The position numbers were made by a program, and so were the translations under genes. The notes beneath the pieces were generated by a model. That model ran no database searches. It had not been told where the DNA came from and was given only the letters and a program-made list of their open reading frames with translations. A stretch of 64,000 nt of DNA from Candidatus Bathyarchaeum tardum (GTDB taxonomy: Archaea > Thermoproteota > Bathyarchaeia > Bathyarchaeales > Bathyarchaeaceae): assembly GCA_024650005.2 (NCBI GenBank), contig CP122380.1, positions 384,001 to 448,000 of the forward strand. The letters run 5' to 3'. The number at the start of each line of letters is the position of its first letter. Position 1 is the first letter of the stretch. Positions 51,095-60,600 of this stretch are shown here, piece after piece.

Positions 51095-51317
51095 TCCTCG
51101 TTTTAAAACTGCAAAATACTTCGATGCAGATTATATAAGCTTTGCTTCATTACCCAAAAACTTTGCAACATCAAAGTTCTAGAACTAAACTAGGCATGTT
51201 TTCCTATTATCGATGTAAATGTCAAAAAATTAACTACCTTTTCAGTGTTGCAGTCTAGAGAATTGATTTTTTTTAAAAAAATATTGCAAGTGTGCAAAAA
51301 ATGTGCACACTACAGTT

Positions 51318-52220
51318 TTAGTCGAGTATGGTTTCCCATTTGTCAACCAGATCTAAGACTGGTTTGCCGCCATAGCCATCCAAAAATTCGCGAAGTTTTA
51401 CGTCTTCGACGCATTTTCTTTGGAAGTTTTTCATGATTTGAGCGTTTGCGGCTAGGAAGATGAGTCCGTCTACGCCAGTTCGGGCAATACGACAAGCTGT
51501 TTTGAGTAGTTGGGTGTGGTTTTCAAGTTCGTTAGGGTCGTCGCCTGGACCTTGAATGTACAGACCTGGATATACTGGTTTTTTAAGTAATTTCTTGAAT
51601 GAACGAGCCATTGTTTCAAAATACCAGGGGCTTGCATAGGTCTTTGACCAGTGTGGAACAACAAAGGCTGTTGCAAATTCTGCTAGGGCGTCAAAGTCTA
51701 GGCCGAAGCGTTCATAGCAGTTAACTGGGTCAGGAAGTAATCCAACATAGAATGGTTTGTTTTTCACTCGTTCTTTAGCTGCACCGATGAAATCTGTTAC
51801 TGTTTGTGCTCTCCATTCAAGCAAGTCCATGCCGCTTTTGGCGTGGGCTGCTTTGCATCTTGGGCATATGCAGAATCCGTGGTCCGCTACGTGCATGCTG
51901 CTGACGGTGATTCCTTTGGTGTATTCTGCGGTTTTTTCGATTAGGTCAAGCATGTAATCAATCATTTGTTTTTCTTGGTTGCAGACGATGTCCCAACGTA
52001 GGTTGTAGTATTTGTTCGTTCGCAGTGCAGGTCCGTGGGCAGATTGGGCAACCCAATCGGGGTGTTGTTCTGCCATGTTGTTGTCGCCGAAACATGCAAT
52101 GTTGGTTGTCATTTCAGGATTTGGAGTTCCAACAATTCCTCGTTCTGATTTAAGACGGTATACTTGTAGATCGAATCCTTCAACAGGAGTAGGTTCATAA
52201 ATGAACATTCCAAACTTCAA
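51318..52220 (-). CDS. Uncharacterised TIM-barrel-like protein, paralogue B
   Basis: YEPTPVEGFDLQVY, HPDWV, WDIVC, HVADHGFCICPRC, EWRAQTVTDF, PDP...ERFGLDF. Confidence 0.8.
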   Translation of the reverse strand: MKFGMFIYEPTPVEGFDLQVYRLKSERGIVGTPNPEMTTNIACFGDNNMAEQHPDWVAQSAHGPALRTNKYYNLRWDIVCNQEKQMIDYMLDLIEKTAEYTKGITVSSMHVADHGFCICPRCKAAHAKSGMDLLEWRAQTVTDFIGAAKERVKNKPFYVGLLPDPVNCYERFGLDFDALAEFATAFVVPHWSKTYASPWYFETMARSFKKLLKKPVYPGLYIQGPGDDPNELENHTQLLKTACRIARTGVDGLIFLAANAQIMKNFQRKCVEDVKLREFLDGYGGKPVLDLVDKWETILD

Positions 52221-52327
52221 AGCTGATTCCTCTTCAGAATCGAGAACTTACTTAAAGTAAGCTATAAGGATTGCGACATAATCAGACAAAAGCCAACAAG
52301 CGCATTATTAATGCCCAATCGCTGTTT

Positions 52328-53476
52328 TCAGTCTTTTTGTTTTTCTAAAGTATTCAAATAAACACAATGCATAACTGCAGAAAGAACACTTCTGGTAAAC
52401 CAGCCCATTTCATCAGAAAAGGTTGAACTCAAATAATCTGGTCTAACAAATTTGAACTCTGCTTCTTGTTTTGACAAGTAATCTGTTACTGCCTTTTGCA
52501 GAATCTTATGAAGAACAAAATCATCCGTTTCTTCGTTATTTTTGCCTTCAGGAATCAAGTTAGTTTTCACATCTTCATCCAACCGCAATGCAGCAATGAC
52601 TAAAGCTGCGATGTTTTGGTCAGCTAACACTTGTTTGAATTCTTTAATGAACTGTTCACGTTTTTCTAGATTGTTTCGAAGAATTGGACGAATCTGTGAG
52701 AATAAAATTGTCAAGTTTTCAACGGTTACTCCCCTTTCTTCTAACCTTCTTGTTAGAGACCGGTTGGAGTACATGTTTTCTTGCTTGAAAATAGCTGATT
52801 TCAGGGCAACCTTGACTGATTTACCAATCAACTCTCCTATTATTGTGCCGCTGCCTGCATACTTTATGGTGTTCCCATGTTTTGTGCATGCAATTACTAC
52901 GCTGTCTGTTACTGTTCCGGTGGCTACTTCCCCGGAAAAACGGCTTCTAACGTCAAGCTCTCTTAGTGCAGCTGCTTTTGCTTCAGTTGCTGAAACAATT
53001 GCGTTAACCATGCAGCTCTCCGTAAGATTACCATCGACTACAATAATCGTGTTTATGGTGCCCCATTTCTTTGGAGGAAACGCAACCTGCTTTGAAGCTA
53101 TTTCATCTCCTGGTGTGGCCGCAAAATATGCCCCTGCAGTAACAAAGGTTGTTAACGTGAGGTCCTGAAACTTTTCTGAAACTACTTCAACATTTGTCAT
53201 TCGCGCAGCAGTCATTATCGCTACTACATTATCTTGAGGAATGCCTGCTTTAGTTATTTCATCTAACAAAAAGTCTCGGGCATCCCTGTGAACCTTGTCA
53301 TCAACATCACTACCCGTGTCTTCTGATACCTGCACATTAATTATGCAGTTTGCCTTTTGTGTACCCCCATTCAAAACCGCTGAACTCAATATTTTCAAAG
53401 GAAATTTTGATTTCAAAATCAGTTTGTTTTCTTGTATTTCAGCTTCAAAAGAGTCAATGTTGGTTTCGAGTTTCAT
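52328..53476 (-). CDS. cbiZ: Adenosylcobinamide amidohydrolase CbiZ fused to a CobZ/PgpA-like domain
   Basis: LSSAVLNGG, MTAA, FVTAG, GTINTI, TEAKAAAL, ATGTVTDSV; tail RRLEERGV...LADQNI..L..AALRLDED. Confidence 0.85.
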   Translation of the reverse strand: MKLETNIDSFEAEIQENKLILKSKFPLKILSSAVLNGGTQKANCIINVQVSEDTGSDVDDKVHRDARDFLLDEITKAGIPQDNVVAIMTAARMTNVEVVSEKFQDLTLTTFVTAGAYFAATPGDEIASKQVAFPPKKWGTINTIIVVDGNLTESCMVNAIVSATEAKAAALRELDVRSRFSGEVATGTVTDSVVIACTKHGNTIKYAGSGTIIGELIGKSVKVALKSAIFKQENMYSNRSLTRRLEERGVTVENLTILFSQIRPILRNNLEKREQFIKEFKQVLADQNIAALVIAALRLDEDVKTNLIPEGKNNEETDDFVLHKILQKAVTDYLSKQEAEFKFVRPDYLSSTFSDEMGWFTRSVLSAVMHCVYLNTLEKQKD

Positions 53477-53630
53477 CAGTTATTTTCCTTCTTTATTTTT
53501 GTTAGAAATGATAGCCAATCATTGTTTGGGTTAGTTCATTTCTATTTTCAGGGTGATTTCTACTGTGGAACTCCCTTTTGTTATTTATGCCATAAACGAA
53601 ATTTACACTTTACAAAAACACAAAAATTGT

Positions 53631-53819
53631 TTAGCTTCTGTCTAGTGTTATTGCCTTTTTTTGGCATAGGTCTTCGCAGATTCCACAAAGTGTGCAGGAG
53701 TCTATGTCAACTATGACTGGTTTGTTGTCTTCTATGTTGAAAACTGCCATCGCACAACAGTCAACACAAGTGTAAATGTCACATTCTTTGCATTTGACGT
53801 AATCAATTTTTATGTTCAT
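53631..53819 (-). CDS. 2x[4Fe-4S]-type ferredoxin
   Basis: CKECDIYTCVDCC and CTLCGICEDLC. Confidence 0.88.
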   Translation of the reverse strand: MNIKIDYVKCKECDIYTCVDCCAMAVFNIEDNKPVIVDIDSCTLCGICEDLCQKKAITLDRS

Positions 53820-53918
53820 ATGATGCACCAAGTGGGGTTTAACGTAAAAATAATTATTGTCATCGGATTTAAACTTAAAGATGATTGCGATTTGCTTTTG
53901 TAACCTAGAATTCTTGTG

Positions 53919-54119
53919 GTGGCAAGGTAATATGGTGTGCGTGCTTCTAGACCATAAGGATAGCTGAGTTCGGTGTTAAGAGGATTTACACGCTACCTCT
54001 CTGTTTCAGTTAGGTGTGCTAGCCAATTTTATTCAGGTTCAGTTAGCCAAAACCAACTGGTCTGGTTGACAAAGCAGCTAACTATACTTCCGTTACGAGA
54101 GCTATTTGTCCCCTGCCAC
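53919..54119 (-). ncRNA. Candidate ~200-nt structured RNA (strand tentative)
   Basis: Closing stem GUGGCAGGG/CCUUGCCAC plus at least five internal stems; mismatches become G-U pairs on the minus strand. Confidence 0.45.
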
Positions 54120-54334
54120 ACTAAATTCTTTGCTCGTTTCTTGCATAAATGCCTTGTTGACCAAAAAATTTTCAAAATTCTACAAAAAATTAGGGTGTTC
54201 ATTTAAATACTCATATTAAAAAATCGTAAGACATCGGTTTTCTGGTCTATGGTTCCTCATTTTTCAGAACCAAATTAAAATAGTTCTATTAGGTTTTTAA
54301 TTAAAGACATTATCCGACAAAGAGGTTAACCGAA

Positions 54335-55225
54335 TTGAAGATTGGAACCGTAATTTATGAGCCTACAATCGTTAAAGGCTATGACATTTCAGTTTATTAC
54401 TCAAAACGTGTCGACGGCGTGTTAGGAAAACCCGCAAAAGGCATGTACAATGATATCACCTGTTTTGTTGACGCAAAAACCCTACGAAGACGACCCGAAC
54501 TGGTGGCTCTTTCTCCGTTTGGTCCTGCAACCCGAGCAAACAAGGCACTTACTCTTCCTTGGGATTTTGTTTGTCCAACAAACGAAGAATACCAAAACCA
54601 CGTTCTAGACTTCATCAAAGAAACTGCCCACGAAGAGGTAGAAGGCGTAACCCTTTGTTTGTATCATTTTCCTGAGGAAAAATTTTGCACCTGTGGTGGA
54701 TGCTCTAAAAAACAAAAAGAAAGTGGACTTGACTGGTTAGAATGGCGCGCCCAAACAGTAACTGATTTTGTCCGAAGGGCAAAAGAACTAGTTTCTCAAC
54801 CTTTTGGAGTAGAAATCTGGCCCGACCCCATTTTGGCTAAAGAACGCTTCGGTCTAGACTTTAATGCGATTGCAGAATATGTAGATTATTTCCATGTTCC
54901 CTTATCTTCCAGTAGTTACGTGACAATGTACTGGGTAGACACCTTAACCCGAGACTTTTTGAAGATTCTCAAAAAACCAATGTTTGTCGAGTTAAGCGCA
55001 GAAATTCCTCGACCCATAGAAACTAAGGCTCTTCTTAGAACGGTTGCGTATCTTTCAAACTACAACCTAGAAGCTATTCTGCTTTTGGTCCATGATGCAG
55101 AACGAGCCAAAGATATTTGTCGAACCGCAATAAACGATACCAACTACCGAAACTGGGTAGACAAATTCGGTTTCGAAAACATGAGCAAAATCATCGAAAA
55201 ATGGGAAAAAATCTACGGACTATAA
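54335..55225 (+). CDS. Uncharacterised TIM-barrel-like protein, paralogue C
   Basis: YEPTIVKGYDISVY, WDFVCP, HFPEEKFCTCGGC, SGLDWLEWRAQTVTDF, PDP...ERFGLDF. Confidence 0.8.
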   Translation: MKIGTVIYEPTIVKGYDISVYYSKRVDGVLGKPAKGMYNDITCFVDAKTLRRRPELVALSPFGPATRANKALTLPWDFVCPTNEEYQNHVLDFIKETAHEEVEGVTLCLYHFPEEKFCTCGGCSKKQKESGLDWLEWRAQTVTDFVRRAKELVSQPFGVEIWPDPILAKERFGLDFNAIAEYVDYFHVPLSSSSYVTMYWVDTLTRDFLKILKKPMFVELSAEIPRPIETKALLRTVAYLSNYNLEAILLLVHDAERAKDICRTAINDTNYRNWVDKFGFENMSKIIEKWEKIYGL

Positions 55226-55249
55226 CCTGCTTGTAGCTTGATTTACTGT

Positions 55250-55996
55250 TTATTTTGCTGTTGCACGTTTGAATTTTCGCAGTTTGGTTATGTTCAAATC
55301 TGCAGAAACAATTTTTGTGTTTATTTCATCTTTTGCATGGCTGAGTAGTCCCCATGGAGAAATTATTGCACTGTTTCCACCTTTAGAACGGGATCTGGTG
55401 TTCCCGTTTTTCAGGATAAACACCTTGTTGTCTTCTGCTCTTTTTGTGGTAAGGGGATGCCCTTTCACGTGGGGGTGCGTTCTTGATGCCGAAACAGGCA
55501 AGAAAATAACTTCAGCGCCTCGAGATGCCAAACTTTTCACTGTCCGTGGATAAAACACGTCTGCACATATCAAAATTCCAACTTTGCAATATTCTGTTTC
55601 AAAAACTTTGAAAGTGCTACCAACATGCAATCCAACTCGTTTTTCCCAGTCCGTGAGATGCATTTTGTGAAATTTTCCCAGAATCTTTCCATTTTTCAAA
55701 AACAAACAAGTGTTGTAGTAGTTGCCTCTGAATTTTTCAAAAACTGTTCCTCCAACGATGTAAGCATCAACATCTTTAGAAACTCGTTTCAACATATTAA
55801 CTGCTGGTCCGTGGGTCTGTTCTGATATTGATTCAATCCGTGTTCTGTCCTCAACACTTGCAGGAAAAGGAAAATACTCGGGCAAACAAATGAATTTTGA
55901 GTCTTCATCCGCTGCTTTGTACAACATTTTTTCTGCGGTTTTCAAGTTCTCTTCAGGAGATTCGCTGATTTGCATATGAATCAAACTAACTTTCAT
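55250..55996 (-). CDS. Carbon-nitrogen hydrolase (nitrilase superfamily)
   Basis: Catalytic triad in LPEY, FHKMHL and ICAD; GNSAIISPWG. Confidence 0.9.
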   Translation of the reverse strand: MKVSLIHMQISESPEENLKTAEKMLYKAADEDSKFICLPEYFPFPASVEDRTRIESISEQTHGPAVNMLKRVSKDVDAYIVGGTVFEKFRGNYYNTCLFLKNGKILGKFHKMHLTDWEKRVGLHVGSTFKVFETEYCKVGILICADVFYPRTVKSLASRGAEVIFLPVSASRTHPHVKGHPLTTKRAEDNKVFILKNGNTRSRSKGGNSAIISPWGLLSHAKDEINTKIVSADLNITKLRKFKRATAK

Positions 55997-56150
55997 AAGG
56001 TCACGAACCCTTTTGCCATATTGGGCTATCAAAGCTGCTAATAAAGATTCAATCGCATTTTGATGATTGAAACATCATTGGTTTGATTTTAATACTTAAT
56101 CCTGACAAAGAACTGCATAAGAAAACCTTCTAAACTAAGGGGCACAATAC

Positions 56151-57344
56151 ATGGAAAACAAGTTGAAACTAGCTGTCTTCAATACCCAGCCGCCTCACCT
56201 TTACTTTGGAGGCGTTGAACGCCGAATACTTGAAACAGCGAAACAGTTGTCAGATAAAGTTGACACCAACGTGTACAGTGGAACAAAAAACGGCTTCAAG
56301 AAAACCACTTCCGTTAACGGTATACGTATTGTTCCCTGCAAGTCAACGGACAAAGTTTTTCCCTTAGACAACTGGGTTTTCAACCGTTGTTTATCTAAAA
56401 TGGTCAACAAAATAGATGCCGAGGTTTACGAAGCCCATGCCGTTAGTGGTTACGGGTTCTTGAATGCTTTAAAAAAACACAAAATCAGTAAACCTTTCAT
56501 ACAAACCGTTCACGGCGTTTTGGCAGACGAATACATTCAATCGTCAAAAGTATTTTCGCCGTCCTTGAAAACTAAACTTTCGAATTTTTTCATGAAGCAC
56601 CTTGGAAACATCGAAAAAGAAGCAGCCCAAAAAGCAACCTTAGTGGTTACTATAAGCAATTATTCTTTCAAAAAAATTGTTGATTTATACGGAATTGATC
56701 CGAAAAAAATCCGTATAGTTCCCAACGGCGTAGACCTACAACGGTTCAAACCAGACAATGAATACCAAGAAGCCAAAAAACTAGTTGGTGATACTCCTGA
56801 GCATGTTGTATTATTTGTGGGTAATCTAATTCCCCGAAAAGGTTTACATTTTCTTGTTGACGCCGCAAAATATGTAATCAAAGAAAACAAAAATACAAAG
56901 TTTGTAGTGGTTGGAGACGGGCCCCTCAAAGACAACCTGATTTCTTATTCTCACCAGCAAGGGGTCTTTGATAATTTTGCTTTTTTGGGCAGGGTTTCAG
57001 ATTCAATATTGCCTCAACTTTACAATTATGCTGACCTTTTTGTCTCTCCGTCTGTTCAAGAAGGCCAAGGAATAACATTTCTGGAAGCACAAGCTTCTGC
57101 AAAACCTGTTGTTGCTTTCAATGTTTCTGCAATAGCGGAGGTAGTAAAACACAAACAAACCGGATATCTCGTTGAACCTAATAACCAACAACTAGGCAAC
57201 GCAATTTCAGACCTTCTAGCCAACGACAATTTACGCGAAAAAATGGGAAAACGTGGACGTGAATTTGTTAGTAATATGTTTTCTTGGAATGTTACTTCCC
57301 AGAAACTGTTTCAAGTTTATTCTGAAGTTACCCAAACACCGTAG
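56151..57344 (+). CDS. Glycosyltransferase family 4
   Basis: GGVERR, VPNGVD, RKGLHFL, PSVQEGQG..FLEA.A. Confidence 0.92.
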   Translation: MENKLKLAVFNTQPPHLYFGGVERRILETAKQLSDKVDTNVYSGTKNGFKKTTSVNGIRIVPCKSTDKVFPLDNWVFNRCLSKMVNKIDAEVYEAHAVSGYGFLNALKKHKISKPFIQTVHGVLADEYIQSSKVFSPSLKTKLSNFFMKHLGNIEKEAAQKATLVVTISNYSFKKIVDLYGIDPKKIRIVPNGVDLQRFKPDNEYQEAKKLVGDTPEHVVLFVGNLIPRKGLHFLVDAAKYVIKENKNTKFVVVGDGPLKDNLISYSHQQGVFDNFAFLGRVSDSILPQLYNYADLFVSPSVQEGQGITFLEAQASAKPVVAFNVSAIAEVVKHKQTGYLVEPNNQQLGNAISDLLANDNLREKMGKRGREFVSNMFSWNVTSQKLFQVYSEVTQTP

Positions 57345-57347
57345 TTG

Positions 57348-60227
57348 TTATCCCATAATAGCAACAGGCGAACCTTTCTTTCTTTTTCTAACAAACATGT
57401 AACCAATTATTATTGCTACGGCTGCCACAATTATTATTCCTGCTATTAATGTAATATTGTCTAGGGGCATAATTGAATCCTGTGACTGGGATGTCTGGTC
57501 TTGTTGCTCTTCAGGCGTTGAAGGTTGTTCTGTTTCTATTGTTTCTTGTTCATCTGTAACAGTAAAGGCTCGTTCCTCAGTTTGCATGATGTATGTTGGT
57601 CCTGAACATCGAATAGTGGCTGTCCATTCTCCGTTAATGTCTGGTTTGCACTCAAAACTGAATGTTCCATCATTTTGGGCAATAATTTCCATAGTTTGTG
57701 TGTCGCCATTTGGGTTGGTGACCGTAACCTTTACTGGAGTGTATGCAATTGCTGGCTCAAGTTGACCACAAGCAGTAAGTGTATTGCCCTTTTCTACCGT
57801 GTTTTTGTCAAATTCGACATAAATCTGACCAAGTATGGTTGTTTTGCCGTCAACACAGTAAACTTTGCCGTCGTTGCATCCAAAGTATACTTGTCCTTCG
57901 TAAACTGAAGGAGCTGACCAACTGTTAGAATTAGTATCAAAAAATCCTAGCCTGTATCCATCTGTGGCGTTAAGAACGTAAACAAATCGCCTATCTGTGG
58001 TAACGTAGATGTTTCCACCTCCATAAGTTGGCGTGGTGTAAAGTTCGGTTCCTATCCAGCTCTTCCAGATAACTTCACCGTTATTGGCGTCAAGAGCGGT
58101 AATGAAAAACATGTCAACAACATACACTTGACCCTCATAATATGCTGGAGATGCAATCAAGTACCCTCCAATGCCTTCAGTGCCTTCAGTGGTAACATAT
58201 GTCCATTCTATCTCTCCAGTTTCCACGTTTATACCGTAATAATTCTGCTTGTTTGCAGCAACAAACACCAATCCATCCCCCACAGTTGGAGAAGCATGCA
58301 TGTCAGTGCCTCTGTCTTGGACTACCACATAGGGAATATCACATTTCCAAACTAGAGAACCATCATCAGCGTCTATCTTGTACAATGCACCGCTGCTTGA
58401 CTCCATAGAAGTGATATAAATTGCTCCCTTTGAAGCTGCAGGTGAAGCAGTAATGTACCCTCCAGTTTCATAAGCCCAAACAACATCACCATTATCAGCA
58501 TTAAAACAATACAAGTTAGCGTCTAACGAACCAACGTACACTCTATTCCCTAATACTATTGGTGAAGAACGAATTCCCGTAACCGCCTTGAAGGCGGCTT
58601 CAACAAATCCACCAGCATAAGTTTTCCAGATTAGCCTACCTGATATTGCATCCAAACAGTAAACGTATCCATCATCAGGACCAACATACACTTTTCCATT
58701 AGATACCGCCAGTGACGACTTAATTCTAGCTTCTGTTGCAAAACTCCAGTAGAATCTGCCGTCGTTGGCGTCAACACAATAAACATTTTTGTCTTGAGAA
58801 CCAAAATAAACTCGATCATCAGCAATTACTGGAGTAGAACCGACTCCTCCATTGGTTTCAAAACTCCATCTCAAATTTAGTTCTGAAGGTCCTAACTCGC
58901 TTGCTCCAGTGTTTTCTGAATCGTTACGCCACATGGACCATGATTCACTGGTGCCTCCAATAGCCCAAACTTGGTTGTATGTTTCGTATTGGTCCATTGT
59001 CATTTCTTTGATAAATCCTGGAATTATGTACAAGTTACCATATGCAACTGCAATAGAGTCTCGTGGACAATGGGTTTCAATATCCATTTCCCAAATTACT
59101 TCTCCAGTGAAAGCGTCCAAACAAACAAACTCAGATTTGCTGTACTCTAACGTGTAAGGGTCATAGGATGCTCGTTGTCCTGTTGTAGCGTAGACTTTGC
59201 CATCTGCAACCACTGGCCATCCTGGCCAAAACAGGTAACCTGGTCCCTCATATTTCCATACAAGTTGACCTGTGTTAACATCCAAAGCGTAAAGATTCCC
59301 ATCCTTGTTAAGTTCATAAACAATGTCGTAGGCTACTGCACTGCCGCTAATCCAGTATCCCAGATGGCTTCCAGGATTGTATTTCCACAAAATTTGTCCA
59401 GTTTCAGCATCAAAACAGTAGAACGTGTTGTCTTGTTCCCCTGCTTTGAGGAGTTTTCCTTCATAGTATGAGCCTGAAAAACTCATTGCACTGTTTGTTT
59501 CTGTTTCCCACAAAACATCACCAGTTCTGGCGTTAAGGGCAATTTGGTAAGTTTCAAAAGTTCCTGGGAAGACTTTTCCATCTCCATATTGTATTCCTGT
59601 TCCAGACGATGTGCTGCCTGAAATATATGTTTCCCATGCTAATGTTGGAGGTTCTGATGGATTTGAGAAGTCCCATGCTTCAACTACCGAGTCCCCATGA
59701 ACATAAAACATCTTTTCTTCTGGACTGTAAACACTTTCCGACCAATAGGAGACTTTTGCAGAAAACTTGTCACTGGTCCATAATATTTCTCCAGTTTCGG
59801 TTTGAACACAATATGGTCCCACAACAAGACGTTCATCATCAATTTTGAAAACTGCGGGCCACCTTTGACTATTCGGAAAGGTGGTGTTCCAAATTATGGT
59901 GCCTGTGTCCTTGTCTAGGGCAATAACACTGGTTGTTGTTGTAACTAAAACTTTACCATTAAATGCTGTGATGTAACTTTGGATTCCTTCTATGGTTGTT
60001 TTCCATAATATCTGTGTTGTTTCTGGGGCTGTGCCTTCTGAGAATCTAGTAAATGCTGAATCACCATGAATTTGTGGCCATTCATACTGCAAAAAATCAT
60101 CATTTGTGCTATTGCTAGTGACGGAACTATCTGCAGGGAATACAGCAACAGATTCCACAACCAGTAACGTAACTAAAAGGAGCAACCCTATCAGGTAGGA
60201 GTAATTTGTTTTTTTCATAAATTTCAC
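57348..60227 (-). CDS. PQQ-binding-like beta-propeller surface protein with Ig-like domain and C-terminal anchor
   Basis: Signal peptide, YEWPQ.HGD, two propeller blocks, Ig-like segment, TM followed by RKRKK. Confidence 0.88.
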   Translation of the reverse strand: MKFMKKTNYSYLIGLLLLVTLLVVESVAVFPADSSVTSNSTNDDFLQYEWPQIHGDSAFTRFSEGTAPETTQILWKTTIEGIQSYITAFNGKVLVTTTTSVIALDKDTGTIIWNTTFPNSQRWPAVFKIDDERLVVGPYCVQTETGEILWTSDKFSAKVSYWSESVYSPEEKMFYVHGDSVVEAWDFSNPSEPPTLAWETYISGSTSSGTGIQYGDGKVFPGTFETYQIALNARTGDVLWETETNSAMSFSGSYYEGKLLKAGEQDNTFYCFDAETGQILWKYNPGSHLGYWISGSAVAYDIVYELNKDGNLYALDVNTGQLVWKYEGPGYLFWPGWPVVADGKVYATTGQRASYDPYTLEYSKSEFVCLDAFTGEVIWEMDIETHCPRDSIAVAYGNLYIIPGFIKEMTMDQYETYNQVWAIGGTSESWSMWRNDSENTGASELGPSELNLRWSFETNGGVGSTPVIADDRVYFGSQDKNVYCVDANDGRFYWSFATEARIKSSLAVSNGKVYVGPDDGYVYCLDAISGRLIWKTYAGGFVEAAFKAVTGIRSSPIVLGNRVYVGSLDANLYCFNADNGDVVWAYETGGYITASPAASKGAIYITSMESSSGALYKIDADDGSLVWKCDIPYVVVQDRGTDMHASPTVGDGLVFVAANKQNYYGINVETGEIEWTYVTTEGTEGIGGYLIASPAYYEGQVYVVDMFFITALDANNGEVIWKSWIGTELYTTPTYGGGNIYVTTDRRFVYVLNATDGYRLGFFDTNSNSWSAPSVYEGQVYFGCNDGKVYCVDGKTTILGQIYVEFDKNTVEKGNTLTACGQLEPAIAYTPVKVTVTNPNGDTQTMEIIAQNDGTFSFECKPDINGEWTATIRCSGPTYIMQTEERAFTVTDEQETIETEQPSTPEEQQDQTSQSQDSIMPLDNITLIAGIIIVAAVAIIIGYMFVRKRKKGSPVAIMG

Positions 60228-60600
60228 GTCAATAAACTATTTGTGCAGTAAAGATTTTTTATCCTGGTTTCATCATCCACTTGTTTTTTGTTGTAAATTC
60301 TGAATTAAAGGTTTCTGCAAATAACAGTTCAACAAATGTTTCTTCATCTCTGGAAAAAGGTGACCACTTTTTGATTATAATTTAGCTTTTTTTGGTGTTT
60401 GGTTTTTTGTTGTTTATAATTAACGCATTTTATTAATCTTTTAGGAAGATTTTTTCCTTTTTTATATTATATCTTATGTAATACTACAATTTTTTATTTA
60501 TTACGGAGGTTTTAGTAAAAAACTTAAGTTAGTATCGATATTAAACGGAAAAGTTAAATACAGTTTATCAAGTTTCTACATAATTCCGGATGGTTATTTT

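Noticed and set aside
53915-54119. tRNA, tmRNA, RNase P, SRP or canonical cobalamin riboswitch
   Set aside because: An acceptor-like stem with ACCA is present, but there is no T-loop, no RNase P P4 or SRP helix-8 motif and no B12 box. Kept only as an unclassified candidate RNA.
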